The notes beneath the pieces were generated by a model, which worked only from the letters and a program-made list of their open reading frames with translations, had not been told where the DNA came from and ran no database searches. The translations under genes and the position numbers were made by a program. From the NCBI GenBank assembly GCA_965651205.1, contig CBFGRM010000004.1, forward strand, positions 14,241 to 78,240: a DNA stretch of 64,000 bases. Direction: 5' to 3'. Below, piece by piece: positions 1 through 9,588 of the stretch. The stretch's first letter is position 1, and every line of letters begins with the position of its first letter. The DNA comes from an uncultured bacterium (GTDB lineage: Bacteria; Gemmatimonadota; Gemmatimonadetes; Gemmatimonadales; GWC2-71-9).

Positions 1-586
1 CCAGGAAGGTGGCGAAATCGGAACGGATTGACGCCTGCAACGTGCGCAGCGCATCCTGCAGACCCGGTTCGTCGGCCTGACCCAGCCGCACCTCCCACTC
101 CGCCAGTTCGGCGACCAGCTCGACCCACTCACGCCATTCGAGTGACTCGCCGCGCCGTCCCTCGAGTTCACGAAAGCGGGTGACGAAATCGCGCGACAAA
201 CGCTGCTGGCGGATCCGATCGCCCTCGAGCAACCGGGTAACCACCGTGAGCACCTGACGCGGGTTGACCGGCTTGATCAGGTAGTCGGCTATCTCGGCGC
301 CGATCGCGTCGCGCATCGTCGCCGTCTCTTCCGACTTGGTGACCATCACCACCGGCATCGCGGCGTCGATCGAACGGAGATGCGGCACCAGATCCAGGCC
401 GCGCGTACCGGGCATCTGCTCGTCCAGCAGCACCACGCCGTACGGCTGGCGACGGAGCAGAACCAGCGCGTCGTCGCCGTTGGTGGCGCGCTCGACCGAA
501 AACCCCTGTTGCTCCAGAAACAGCACCTGGGAATCGAGGGTCTCGATCTCGTCGTCAACCCAGAGGATCGTCTTGGGGCGCAGCAT
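1..586 (-). CDS. Response regulator: receiver domain followed by the start of a PglZ/alkaline-phosphatase-like output domain (PorX-like). The C-terminal part lies beyond the window start.
   Basis: Hand translation of the minus strand from ATG 586-584: MLRPKTILWVDDEIETLDSQVLFLEQQGFSVERATNGDDALVLLRRQPYGVVLLDEQMPGTRGLDLV...ADYLIKPVNPRQVL, then a helical linker. The frame is open to position 1, so it is absent from the ORF track (no stop in window). Confidence 0.8.
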   Translation of the reverse strand, partial: MLRPKTILWVDDEIETLDSQVLFLEQQGFSVERATNGDDALVLLRRQPYGVVLLDEQMPGTRGLDLVPHLRSIDAAMPVVMVTKSEETATMRDAIGAEIADYLIKPVNPRQVLTVVTRLLEGDRIRQQRLSRDFVTRFRELEGRRGESLEWREWVELVAELAEWEVRLGQADEPGLQDALRTLQASIRSDFATFL

Positions 587-619
587 ATTGGGAAAGCTAA
601 CTTCCCGTATCTTCCTGCA

Positions 620-1618
620 ATGCAGATCCTCCTGGTCCGGTTCTCGTCGATCGGCGACATCGTCCTCACCACCCCGCTGGTGCGGGCGATCCGGCGACGC
701 CATCCCGCGGCCCGCATCAGCTACCTGATCCGCGAGGACCTGGCCGATCTGGTCCGCCACAACCCGCACATCGAACGGGTGATCACCTGGCGCCACCGCA
801 GCCCGCTCCGACCGCTGGCCCGGCAGCTCCGGCAGACCGACTGGACCCATCGGCTCGACCTGCAGGGCTCGCTGCGGTCGCGCCGACTGCGCCGGCTGGT
901 GGGCGGCCAGTGGAGCGGCTATGCCAAGCACCGCTTCCGCCGCAGCCTGCTGATCGCGACCCGGCGTCGCTGGGGTGGTCACCTCGGCCCGGTGGTCGAG
1001 CGCTACGCCGAGGCCGCGAGCAGTCTCGGGATCACGCTGGACGACGGAGCTGCGGAGGTCTACACCTCGGTTGAAGCCGAACGGCGAGCGGCTGCATTTG
1101 CAGAAGAGCACCGGTTGGGTCAGCGGCGCAGACTGTTCGCGCTGGTCCCCGGCGCGGCACACTTCACCAAGCGCTGGCCGCCCGAATACTGGGCTGATCT
1201 TGTGGACCGGCTTTCACCCCACAACGACCTGGTGATCCTGGGCGGCAAGGCGGAAGCTGAGCTCGGGGCATCGCTGGCGGCCCGGGCCAGCCAGGGCGTG
1301 GTGTCGGCCGCCGGGCAGATGTCGCTGCTGGAGACCGCCGCGCTGCTCAAGCGCTCCGCAGCGGTGGCGGCCGGCGACACCGGCGTGATGCACCTCGCAA
1401 CCGCAGTCGGCACGCCCACCATTGCGATGTACGGCCCGGGGGTCGAGGAGTTCGGGTTCTTTCCGTGGCAGGCCCGGGCGCGGGTGCTCCAGGTCGACAT
1501 CGGCTGCCGACCCTGCTCGGCCCACGGCAGTGCCCGTTGCCCACGCGGCCACCACCGCTGCCTGCGCGACATCTCGCCCGAGACAGTGGCCCGGGCCCTG
1601 GAACGGCCACCGCGATGA
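620..1618 (+). CDS. Glycosyltransferase family 9 (LPS heptosyltransferase-like)
   Basis: Frame of track ORF 380..1618. The conserved part starts at ATG 620 (MQILLVRFSSIGDIVLTTPLVRAIRRRHP...), with C-terminal GDTGVMHLA and PTIAMYGP motifs typical of GT9. The upstream 80 codons overlap the divergent regulator. Confidence 0.8.
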   Translation: MQILLVRFSSIGDIVLTTPLVRAIRRRHPAARISYLIREDLADLVRHNPHIERVITWRHRSPLRPLARQLRQTDWTHRLDLQGSLRSRRLRRLVGGQWSGYAKHRFRRSLLIATRRRWGGHLGPVVERYAEAASSLGITLDDGAAEVYTSVEAERRAAAFAEEHRLGQRRRLFALVPGAAHFTKRWPPEYWADLVDRLSPHNDLVILGGKAEAELGASLAARASQGVVSAAGQMSLLETAALLKRSAAVAAGDTGVMHLATAVGTPTIAMYGPGVEEFGFFPWQARARVLQVDIGCRPCSAHGSARCPRGHHRCLRDISPETVARALERPPR

Positions 1619-2004
1619 CCGGTTCGCTACCGGCCCTCGATCAGTTGCTGGAGTTGCAGGAGCGGTTGCAGCGCGGCCCCCGCCGCGAGGGCGCCTTCGC
1701 GCTCTGGCTGGTGGCCCGGCAGGCCTGGGATCAGGGAATCGGCCCCGCCGAGATCGACCGGGGTGATCGAAGGCGGCTCAGTCTGCTGGCCCGGCGAATC
1801 GCCCCGTTGGCGGTGCCCAGGCCACTTTCGCGCGGCCTTGCCACCGCGCTCGATCACCTCGGAGACGGTACGCCGACGGCGGCACGGATCGCGTTGTCAC
1901 AGTTGGTGGCTCCCGCCAGGGAGGCGGTGGGAAACGAAGCGGGCGAAGCGATCGCGACCCTGGTCCGCGATCTCCACGCCCGTCATCGACCGACAGCCGA
2001 CTGA
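1615..2004 (+). CDS. Hypothetical protein (129 aa)
   Basis: ATG 1615 overlaps the GT9 stop (ATGA). It lies in the frame of track ORF 1465..2004. No motif recognised. Confidence 0.45.
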   Translation: MTGSLPALDQLLELQERLQRGPRREGAFALWLVARQAWDQGIGPAEIDRGDRRRLSLLARRIAPLAVPRPLSRGLATALDHLGDGTPTAARIALSQLVAPAREAVGNEAGEAIATLVRDLHARHRPTAD

Positions 2005-2005
2005 G

Positions 2006-2434
2006 TCAGCTTCCGCTGGCAGCCGCCGCCGCGGGTGCCGCGGCCGTATCAGGCTTGACCGCGGCGCCGGCCAACCGGACCAGGGTCCCTCCTGCCTCGA
2101 GCGCCTCGACCGTGACCCAGAGCGGCGGACCGTCCTGCTCCACGTAGAACGACGTCACCGAACCGGTCACGTCCTCGTTGACCAGACGGTAGGGTGCGTC
2201 GGACAGGATGGTGCGGTAGAACTCGACAATCGAGTCGCCCGGCAGCGGCGTGGAAAGGACCAGCACCGCGGCATCGACGCCGCCTTCGGTGCCCACCACC
2301 TGGCCGCCCTCGGGCAACGCGATGTTGGGGAGCACCTGGATCGGCGACAGCACTTCGGGCTCGGCCTCGGCGGCGTCGCCGCCGCACCCGGCCAGCACCA
2401 GGGCCGCGCTCAGCATCAGGACAGGCATTTTCAT
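2006..2434 (-). CDS. Putative lipoprotein
   Basis: Internal ATG 2434 of track ORF 2006..2470 gives MKMPVLMLSAALVLAGCGG, a signal peptide with lipobox LAGC. Confidence 0.65.
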   Translation of the reverse strand: MKMPVLMLSAALVLAGCGGDAAEAEPEVLSPIQVLPNIALPEGGQVVGTEGGVDAAVLVLSTPLPGDSIVEFYRTILSDAPYRLVNEDVTGSVTSFYVEQDGPPLWVTVEALEAGGTLVRLAGAAVKPDTAAAPAAAAASGS

Positions 2435-2537
2435 AGTCACAACCGTAGCCGCTGGCTCGGTGATCGGCAAGCGCCGATGCGTTGCCGCAAGGCGCGCCGG
2501 GTGGCTACTATCCCGCTTCTACCGAGGGGACGAAAAG

Positions 2538-3287
2538 ATGGCTGGACACAGCAAATGGAAGTCGATCAAGCACAAGAAGGCGGTAACTGACGCCCGCCGG
2601 GCCGGTGCCTGGACCAAGGTGATCCGCGAAATCACCGTGGCAGCCAAGGCGGGCGGCGGTGACCCCGGCGGCAATCCGCGGCTCCGCAAGGCGATTGACG
2701 ACGCCAAGGCCGTCAATATGCCGGGCGACAACATCGAGCGCGCCATCAAGAAGGGCACCGGCGAACTCGAGGGTGCGGTCTACGAGGAAGTCACCTACGA
2801 GGGCTATGGCCCCGGGGGCACCGCGCTGCTGGTCGAGGGTTCCACCGACAACCCGAATCGCACTGTCGCCGAGATTCGTCACGCCTTCTCGCGCAACGGC
2901 GGCAACCTGGGCGCCACCAACTCGGTGGCCTGGATGTTCGATCGCAAGGGTGAAGTGGTGATCCCGGTCGGTTCGCACAGCGAAGACAAGGCGATGGAAG
3001 ACGCGCTGGAGGCGGGTGCGGTCGATTTCGTGCGCGACGGCGACATCTTCGTGGTCACCACCGAACCCAATTCGTTCCACGCGGTGATGGATGGGCTGCG
3101 CGCCGCCGGCTACACGATCGAATCGTCGGAGCTCGCAATGGTGCCGCAGAACACCGTCGCTCCCGAGGCCGGTGAGGCGCAGAAGGTTCTCAAGCTGATT
3201 GAGATGCTCGAGGAACTGGACGACGTCAGCAAGGTCTTCAGCAACCTCGACTACGACGCCCTCGAACTCGAGGAGGCAGAGACCTGA
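2538..3287 (+). CDS. yebC: YebC/PmpR family DNA-binding transcriptional regulator
   Basis: MAGHSKWKSIKHKKAVTDARRAGAWTKVIREITVAAKAGGGDP... is the canonical family N-terminus. A GAGGGG Shine-Dalgarno lies 8 nt upstream. Confidence 0.95.
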   Translation: MAGHSKWKSIKHKKAVTDARRAGAWTKVIREITVAAKAGGGDPGGNPRLRKAIDDAKAVNMPGDNIERAIKKGTGELEGAVYEEVTYEGYGPGGTALLVEGSTDNPNRTVAEIRHAFSRNGGNLGATNSVAWMFDRKGEVVIPVGSHSEDKAMEDALEAGAVDFVRDGDIFVVTTEPNSFHAVMDGLRAAGYTIESSELAMVPQNTVAPEAGEAQKVLKLIEMLEELDDVSKVFSNLDYDALELEEAET

Positions 3288-3307
3288 CGGCTTCCGCCGG
3301 CCAACTC

Positions 3308-3805
3308 GTGCTCGGCATCGACCCGGGCACCGCCATCTGCGGGTTCGGCGTGGTGCGGGTCGGCAGCGATCAGCGCGCAATGCTGGTCGAATGCGGCGTG
3401 GTGCGCACTCGAGCCGGCGAACCACTCCCGACACGGCTGCTCACGATTTCCGACTGTGTGACCAGCCTGATCGAACGACACCGACCCGATGTGATCGCAC
3501 TGGAGAATGTCTTCCACGGCAACAACGCCCGCAGCGCACTGGTGCTCGGGCACGCCCGCGGGGTGGTGATGCTGGCCGCCGCCCGTCACGACATCGCGGT
3601 GGCCGAGATCACCCCGGCCGAAGTCAAGCGTGCAATCGGCGGCAGCGGTGCCGCCGGCAAGGAACAGGTGGCGATGATGGTGACCCGCTTGCTGCGACTG
3701 AGCGCCCCGCCGCGCCCTGCCGACGCCGCCGATGGCGTCGCAATCGCACTCACCCACCTGATCCGGATGATCCCCAGGCTCCGGCTCGCGGACGCACGGC
3801 CGTGA
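3308..3805 (+). CDS. ruvC: Crossover junction endodeoxyribonuclease RuvC
   Basis: MLGIDPGTAICGFGVV, ALENVF and DAADGVAIALTH motifs. Confidence 0.95.
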   Translation: MLGIDPGTAICGFGVVRVGSDQRAMLVECGVVRTRAGEPLPTRLLTISDCVTSLIERHRPDVIALENVFHGNNARSALVLGHARGVVMLAAARHDIAVAEITPAEVKRAIGGSGAAGKEQVAMMVTRLLRLSAPPRPADAADGVAIALTHLIRMIPRLRLADARP

Positions 3806-4386
3806 TCGCCACCCTTACCGGTGTGCTGAGCCACCGCGACCCGAGCGGGATCATCCTCGACGTGGGCGGAGTGGGATATTTCATCGAGGTGCCGCTCGGG
3901 GTGTACGAACGGCTGCCGGCCGCCGGCACCACTGTGGTGCTGCACACCGAGCTGGTGGTGCGTGAGGACGCCTGGTCGCTGTTCGGCTTCGATACCGCGA
4001 CCGACCGGGCCATCTTTCGCAGGCTGCTCGGCGCATCGGGTGTGGGGGCACGACTCGCCCTGGCGATCCTCTCCACGCTCGGAAGCGACCGGGCCGTGGG
4101 GGCAATCCGCAACCGCGACCTGGCCACCCTTTCGACCGTGCCGGGCATCGGTCGCAAGAAGGCCGAGCGGATCGCACTCGAACTCGGCGACCGGCTCGAC
4201 GATCTCGCCGGCGCAGGCGGCACGGGAGCGGTGAGCTCACCGTCGGCCGATGCGGTGCTGGCGTTGGTGGGTCTCGGCTTCCAGGCAGCCGCAGCCGAGC
4301 AAGCGGTGCGTCGCATCAGCGACGACGGCGAGCGTGACACGGGGGCACTGATCCGTCGGGCCCTCTCGGACCTTACCAGGACCTGA
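3802..4386 (+). CDS. ruvA: Holliday junction DNA helicase subunit RuvA
   Basis: GTG 3802 overlaps the ruvC stop (GTGA). VIATLTGVL...ILDVGGVGYFIEVP, plus helix-hairpin-helix PGIGRKKAERI. Confidence 0.95.
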   Translation: MIATLTGVLSHRDPSGIILDVGGVGYFIEVPLGVYERLPAAGTTVVLHTELVVREDAWSLFGFDTATDRAIFRRLLGASGVGARLALAILSTLGSDRAVGAIRNRDLATLSTVPGIGRKKAERIALELGDRLDDLAGAGGTGAVSSPSADAVLALVGLGFQAAAAEQAVRRISDDGERDTGALIRRALSDLTRT

Positions 4387-4388
4387 CG

Positions 4389-4574
4389 ATGATCTGGGAC
4401 ACCTCCAAGCCAGCAGTGACCGCCGAGTGGCAGTGCAGTCGCTGCGGCGTGACCAATCGCAAGTTGGTGGCGCCGGGCACTCGCGAAACGAATGACAAGT
4501 GCGTCCACTGCGGCAGTCGGCACATCGTCCGTCCCGGCCTCACGCCGGTGCGCTGGCAGGCCGAGGCTGCCTGA
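4389..4574 (+). CDS. Zinc-ribbon microprotein (61 aa) embedded in the ruvA-ruvB operon
   Basis: Track ORF 4389..4574 with C16-x2-C19 ... C38-x2-C41. It starts 2 nt after the ruvA stop and ends 1 nt before the ruvB start. Confidence 0.6.
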   Translation: MIWDTSKPAVTAEWQCSRCGVTNRKLVAPGTRETNDKCVHCGSRHIVRPGLTPVRWQAEAA

Positions 4575-4575
4575 C

Positions 4576-5622
4576 GTGAGCGACGCAGGTCGGCGGCTGG
4601 AGATCACCACGCCCGACATCCTCCCCGAGGAGGTGTCGAACGATGCCGCACTCAGGCCGTCACGACTCGACGAGTTCGTGGGCCAGAATCAGGTGCGGCA
4701 GTCTCTCCAGATCGCGATCGACGCCGCCCGGGCCCGCGGCGACGCGCTCGATCACGTGCTGTTCTTCGGCCCACCGGGCCTCGGCAAGACCACCCTGGCG
4801 ATGCTGATGGCGCGCGAACTCGGCGTGCAGTGCCGGACCACTTCGGGACCGGTGCTCGAAAAGCCCGGCGACCTGGTGGGCCTGCTCACCGGACTCGCCC
4901 ACGGCGACATCCTGTTCATCGACGAGATTCATCGCCTCAAGCCGCAACTGGAGGAGTTCCTCTACCCGGCGATGGAGGACTTCCGCGTCGACGTCCGGCT
5001 CTCCGACGGCCCCAACGCACAGACGCTGCCGATGGCGCTCGAGCGATTCACGCTGGTGGGTGCCACAACCCGCTTCGGGCTGCTCACTCCGCCGATGCGC
5101 GCCCGATTCGGCTTGATCGAACGGCTGCACTTCTACTCCGAGGCAGACCTCGCCGGCATCGTGACCCGAAGCGCCGGAGTACTGGGCGTACCGATCACCG
5201 TCGACGGTGCCGCAGAGATCGCACGACGGGCTCGCGGCACGCCACGCGTGGCCAACCGGCTGCTCAGGCGGGTTCGCGACTACGCCGAAGTGCGTGCCGA
5301 CGGCGAGATCACCGCCACTGTTGCCGGTGCGGCCCTGGAGCGACTGAATGTCGACCAGTACGGGCTCGACGATATGGACATCCGCATCCTCGCCACCATC
5401 ATCGAGAAGTTCGCCGGCGGCCCAGTGGGCCTCGGCACCATCGCCGCCGCGGTGGGCGAGGACACCGCCACGCTCGAGGAAGTGTACGAACCGTACCTGA
5501 TGCAGCAGGGATTCCTGCAGCGCACGGCCCGAGGACGCGTTGCCACGCCGCGCGCCTGGCAGCGGCTCGGCGTGACCCCGCCGCCCGATGGCAGCGGACA
5601 GGGTTCGCTGCTCGATGGCTGA
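4576..5622 (+). CDS. ruvB: Holliday junction DNA helicase RuvB
   Basis: GTG 4576. [11 protein letters not shown], Walker [10 protein letters not shown], Walker [10 protein letters not shown]. Confidence 0.95.
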   Translation: MSDAGRRLEITTPDILPEEVSNDAALRPSRLDEFVGQNQVRQSLQIAIDAARARGDALDHVLFFGPPGLGKTTLAMLMARELGVQCRTTSGPVLEKPGDLVGLLTGLAHGDILFIDEIHRLKPQLEEFLYPAMEDFRVDVRLSDGPNAQTLPMALERFTLVGATTRFGLLTPPMRARFGLIERLHFYSEADLAGIVTRSAGVLGVPITVDGAAEIARRARGTPRVANRLLRRVRDYAEVRADGEITATVAGAALERLNVDQYGLDDMDIRILATIIEKFAGGPVGLGTIAAAVGEDTATLEEVYEPYLMQQGFLQRTARGRVATPRAWQRLGVTPPPDGSGQGSLLDG

Positions 5623-6661
5623 ACGCCACTATGCAACCGCCGACTTCGACTACCCGCTTCCCGACGCACTGATCGCCCAGACGCCGGCGTCGGTGCGCGA
5701 TGCCTCGCGAATGCTGGTGGTGCGCCGCGACGAAACAGCGACCCAGCCACTCACCGACGCAATCTTTGCCGACCTGCCGAAGCTGATTCCGCCCGGCGAC
5801 CTGCTGGTGTTGAACGCCACCAAGGTGCGCCACGCGCGGCTGCCCGGTCGGCGACCCGGCGGCGGCCCGGCCGAGGTGCTGCTGCTGCATCCGCTCGACA
5901 ACGGTGACTGGCTCGCAATGGGGAAGCCGGGTCGCGCACTGCAACCCGGCAAGCGGATCATCCTCGATGAAACGGCCAGCATCGAGGTCGTCGCCATCGA
6001 CGCCGAGGGCTACCGACAGGTTCGATTCACCGGCTGCGATGCCACCGAGGCAATCGACCGTTTCGGACTGCTGCCACTGCCACCATACATCGATCGCGAA
6101 CCCGACGACCACGACGAGGCGCGATACCAGACCGTGTACGCATCACGCGAGGGCAGCGTCGCCGCACCAACTGCGGGCCTGCACTTCACCACCGCGCTGC
6201 TCGACCAGCTTCGCAACGCAGGGGTGCGGATCACGGAACTGGATCTCGAGGTCGGCCCGGGAACCTTCCGGCCGGTGGAGGTCGAGAATCCCGCCGATCA
6301 CCCGATGCACCGGGAAAACTTCGAGATTCCCGATCACGCAGCATCTGCAGTGAGCGAGACACGACAGCGCGGCGGCGCGGTGTGGGCCGTCGGCACCACG
6401 GTGGTGCGCGCGCTGGAGAGCGCCGCCAACGACGACGGCACGGTGCGGGCTGGCCGTGCCGAGACCCGGCTGATGATCACGCCCGGATATCGATTCCGGG
6501 TGGTCGATCACCTGCTCACCAACTTTCACCTGCCGAGGACCACGTTGCTGATGCTGGTGGCCGCATTCGCCGGCCACTCGCGCACGATGGACGCGTACCG
6601 TCACGCGGTGGCCGCCCGCTATCGCTTCTTCAGCTACGGCGACTCGATGTGCATCCTGTGA
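5615..6661 (+). CDS. queA: S-adenosylmethionine:tRNA ribosyltransferase-isomerase
   Basis: ATG 5615: [24 protein letters not shown]... ending ...[12 protein letters not shown]. It overlaps the ruvB end by 8 nt. Confidence 0.95.
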   Translation: MAERHYATADFDYPLPDALIAQTPASVRDASRMLVVRRDETATQPLTDAIFADLPKLIPPGDLLVLNATKVRHARLPGRRPGGGPAEVLLLHPLDNGDWLAMGKPGRALQPGKRIILDETASIEVVAIDAEGYRQVRFTGCDATEAIDRFGLLPLPPYIDREPDDHDEARYQTVYASREGSVAAPTAGLHFTTALLDQLRNAGVRITELDLEVGPGTFRPVEVENPADHPMHRENFEIPDHAASAVSETRQRGGAVWAVGTTVVRALESAANDDGTVRAGRAETRLMITPGYRFRVVDHLLTNFHLPRTTLLMLVAAFAGHSRTMDAYRHAVAARYRFFSYGDSMCIL

Positions 6662-6702
6662 CCCGACTCTTGTTGCCGGCTTATCCGGCCGGAGCGCGCT
6701 GA

Positions 6703-7824
6703 GTGTTCGACTTCCGGTTGGAGGCCACTGATGGTGCGGCGCGCGCCGGCACGCTTGCGCTGCCACACGGCACCGTGCGGACACCGTGCTTTATGCCGGT
6801 GGGCACCCACGGTGCGGTGCGCGGCCTGCATCCCGATGAACTCGAACGGGCCGGCGCCGAGATCATTCTCGGCAACACCTATCACCTGCACCTGCGACCC
6901 GGCGAGGACGTCGTGCGCACCCTCGGTGGACTGCACAAGTTCACCACCTGGTCGCGGCCGATCCTCACCGACTCCGGCGGCTTTCAGGTCTTCTCGCTCG
7001 CCGGGCTGCGCCGCCTCGACGAGGAAGGCGTGGTGTTCACCTCGCACATCGACGGCAGCACCCGCCTGCTGACCCCCGAACGCTCGATGGAGATCCAGGC
7101 AGCACTCGGTTCCGACGTGGCGATGGCGTTCGACCACTTGCCGCCAGGGCAGTCCAGCCACGACGATGCCCGTGTCGCGATGGAGCGGACACTGCGCTGG
7201 TTGGAGCGCTCGCGCGACCGGCACGCCGAGCTGGTGGCCAGTGATGGCACCCGGCAGACACTCTGGCCGATCGTCCAGGGCGGTGTCCACGACGACCTGC
7301 GGCGAGCCTCATTGGAGGGGATCCTGGCGCGCGGCGACTGGACCGGTATCGCGGTGGGCGGGCTGTCGGTGGGCGAACCCAAGCCGGTGATGCAGCGCGT
7401 GCTCGAGGGCCTGGAGCCCCATCTTCCGACCGACCTGCCCCGTTATCTTATGGGTGTGGGCTTTCCCGACGACCTGATCGCCGGGATCGCACGTGGCATC
7501 GACCTTTTCGACTGTGTCGCAGCCACCCGCAACGGCCGCCACGGCAGCGCCTGGACCGCCGATGGCAAGGTGCAGGTGCGCGGTGCCAGACTGCGGCTCG
7601 ACGACGGACCGCTCGACCCGACCTGCGACTGCGAGGCCTGCACCAGGTTTTCCCGGGGCTACCTCCGCCACCTGTTCGTGGTCGAGGAACAACTGGGCCA
7701 GCGGCTGGTCTCGATCCACAACATCCGCTTCCTGATCCGCATCGCCGAGCAGGCGAGGGCGCAGGTTTTCGCCGGAAGCTTCACGCAATGGGCCGAGCAA
7801 TGGCTGGCCCGCTACCACCAGTGA
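6703..7824 (+). CDS. tgt: Queuine tRNA-ribosyltransferase
   Basis: GTLALPHGTVRTPCFMPVGT, DSGGFQ, and the zinc site CDCEAC. Confidence 0.95.
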   Translation: MFDFRLEATDGAARAGTLALPHGTVRTPCFMPVGTHGAVRGLHPDELERAGAEIILGNTYHLHLRPGEDVVRTLGGLHKFTTWSRPILTDSGGFQVFSLAGLRRLDEEGVVFTSHIDGSTRLLTPERSMEIQAALGSDVAMAFDHLPPGQSSHDDARVAMERTLRWLERSRDRHAELVASDGTRQTLWPIVQGGVHDDLRRASLEGILARGDWTGIAVGGLSVGEPKPVMQRVLEGLEPHLPTDLPRYLMGVGFPDDLIAGIARGIDLFDCVAATRNGRHGSAWTADGKVQVRGARLRLDDGPLDPTCDCEACTRFSRGYLRHLFVVEEQLGQRLVSIHNIRFLIRIAEQARAQVFAGSFTQWAEQWLARYHQ

Positions 7825-7835
7825 GAGGGTGACCG

Positions 7836-8123
7836 ATGGGCAACAACGGAATGATGATCCTGCTGCTCCAGTTCCTGGCCATCGGCCTGGTGTTCTACTT
7901 CCTGATCATCCGGCCGCAGGGCAAGGCACGCGCACGCGCCGCCGAGATGCTCGCAGCAATCAAGAAGGGTGACGAGATCACCACCGCCGGTGGCATCGTC
8001 GGCAAGGTCAAGGAGGTCAAGGATCATCTGCTGGTGATCGAGAGCGGCACCACATCGCTGGTGGTGGAGCGCAGCCGGATCATCCGGGTGGGCGACACGG
8101 CCACGCCGGGAGTGCTCAACTGA
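7836..8123 (+). CDS. yajC: Preprotein translocase subunit YajC
   Basis: 95 aa with a single TM helix, FYFLIIRPQ and GDEITTAGGIVGKV. A GAGGGTG SD lies upstream. Confidence 0.9.
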   Translation: MGNNGMMILLLQFLAIGLVFYFLIIRPQGKARARAAEMLAAIKKGDEITTAGGIVGKVKEVKDHLLVIESGTTSLVVERSRIIRVGDTATPGVLN

Positions 8124-8662
8124 TGGCGATCCTGCCGATCCACGTGCTTGGCTCCCCGGTGCTCCGGGAGGAGGCAGTGGAAGTCACTGCATTCGACGAC
8201 GAGCTGCGCACGCTCGTTGCCGATATGTACGAGACGATGGACACGGCACTCGGCATCGGGCTGGCCGCCAACCAGGTCGGCATCGCCCGTCGCATCGCGG
8301 TGATCGACGCCGAGGAACAGCGTTTCGCGATGATCAACCCGCGCCTGCTCGAAAAGAGCCGCACCACCGCGACTGCCGACGAAGGCTGCCTCTCCATTCC
8401 CGACCTGTACGGCGAAATCACCCGGCCCGAATCCGTGGTGCTGGAGGCGGAAGACGAGCACGGCAACACTTTCCGCAAGGAGCTCACCGGGCTCCTGGCT
8501 CGCGCGGTGCAGCACGAGATCGACCACCTCGACGGAAAGATGTTCATCGACTACTTCTCGCCGCTCAAGCGCCAGTCGGCGGTTCGTCGCTGGAAGAAGG
8601 AACACCACGGTGAACCCCTCACCTGGACTCCCTCGCCCGAGGAGTCGGAAGCGGTCGACTGA
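8123..8662 (+). CDS. def: Peptide deformylase
   Basis: GIGLAANQVG, EGCLS and HEIDHL motifs. Confidence 0.95.
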   Translation: MAILPIHVLGSPVLREEAVEVTAFDDELRTLVADMYETMDTALGIGLAANQVGIARRIAVIDAEEQRFAMINPRLLEKSRTTATADEGCLSIPDLYGEITRPESVVLEAEDEHGNTFRKELTGLLARAVQHEIDHLDGKMFIDYFSPLKRQSAVRRWKKEHHGEPLTWTPSPEESEAVD

Positions 8663-9588
8663 TGCGGGTGGTCTTCTTCGGAACCCCCGACTTCGCAGTC
8701 CCGACCCTGGAAGCACTGCTCGCAGCCGGTGTCACGGTGGCCGCAGTGGTGACCCAACCTGATCGCCCGCGCACCCGCTCGCATTCGACGCTGCTGCCAT
8801 CGCCGGTAAAGCAGTGCGCCGTTGCAGCCGGTATTCCGGTGCTGCAGCCCGAGCGTCCCCGGGGCGCGGCATTCCTCTCCGAAATCGCGGCACTCGAAGT
8901 CGATCTCGGGGTCGTCGTGGCGTACGGGCATATCCTCCGGCCCGATCTGCTGGCGATTCCGCGACTCGGGATGGTCAACGTGCACGCGTCACTGCTGCCG
9001 CGCTGGCGCGGTGCGGCACCGATCCACTGGGCGATCCTGGCGGGCGACCGCGAGACCGGTGTGTCGGTGATGCGGATGGAGGCGGGACTCGACTCGGGAC
9101 CGGTGTGGCACGCGGTGCGCACCCGGATCGACGACGACACCACCGCCGGCGAACTGTTCGTGCGCCTCGGCGAACTCGGTGGCGAGGCGTTGGTAAGCGC
9201 GCTGCCGATGATCACTTCGGGTGTCGAGCCGACCGAGCAGGATGGCGCACTGGTGACCCTGGCACCCAAGGTGGACCGCGACACGGCTCGGATCATATGG
9301 CAGCAGCAGGCCGGGGCCGTGTCCTGCCGGATCCGCGCGATGGATCCCGCGCCTGGCGCGTGGACGACATTCGACGGCCAGCCGTACAAGCTGTTCGGGC
9401 CAACGGTGCCCGGCGATCCGGCCAGTGCAGCTCCCGGCACCATCGTCGCCACAACCGGGCGACTGGCGATTGCTTGTGGCGACGGCGTGGTCGAGGTGAC
9501 GGAAGTGCAGCCTGCCGGCAAGAAGCGACTGGCAGTTGCTCAATGGCTGCACGGCATCGCGGACCCGCGCGGTGGTCGCTTCGAGTGA
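8662..9588 (+). CDS. fmt: Methionyl-tRNA formyltransferase
   Basis: MRVVFFGTPDFAVPTLEAL and HASLLPRWRGAAPI. Confidence 0.95.
   Translation: MRVVFFGTPDFAVPTLEALLAAGVTVAAVVTQPDRPRTRSHSTLLPSPVKQCAVAAGIPVLQPERPRGAAFLSEIAALEVDLGVVVAYGHILRPDLLAIPRLGMVNVHASLLPRWRGAAPIHWAILAGDRETGVSVMRMEAGLDSGPVWHAVRTRIDDDTTAGELFVRLGELGGEALVSALPMITSGVEPTEQDGALVTLAPKVDRDTARIIWQQQAGAVSCRIRAMDPAPGAWTTFDGQPYKLFGPTVPGDPASAAPGTIVATTGRLAIACGDGVVEVTEVQPAGKKRLAVAQWLHGIADPRGGRFE

Noticed and set aside
380-619. N-terminal extensions of track ORFs, such as 380-619 for GT9, 2250-2537 for yebC, 3199-3801 for ruvA, 8814-9584 for thiE, 12565-13065 for rpe, 13904-14230 and 49349-49822.
   Set aside because: The extensions overlap upstream genes, lack family similarity and have poor third-position GC. 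Internal starts with stop/start coupling or signal peptides fit better.
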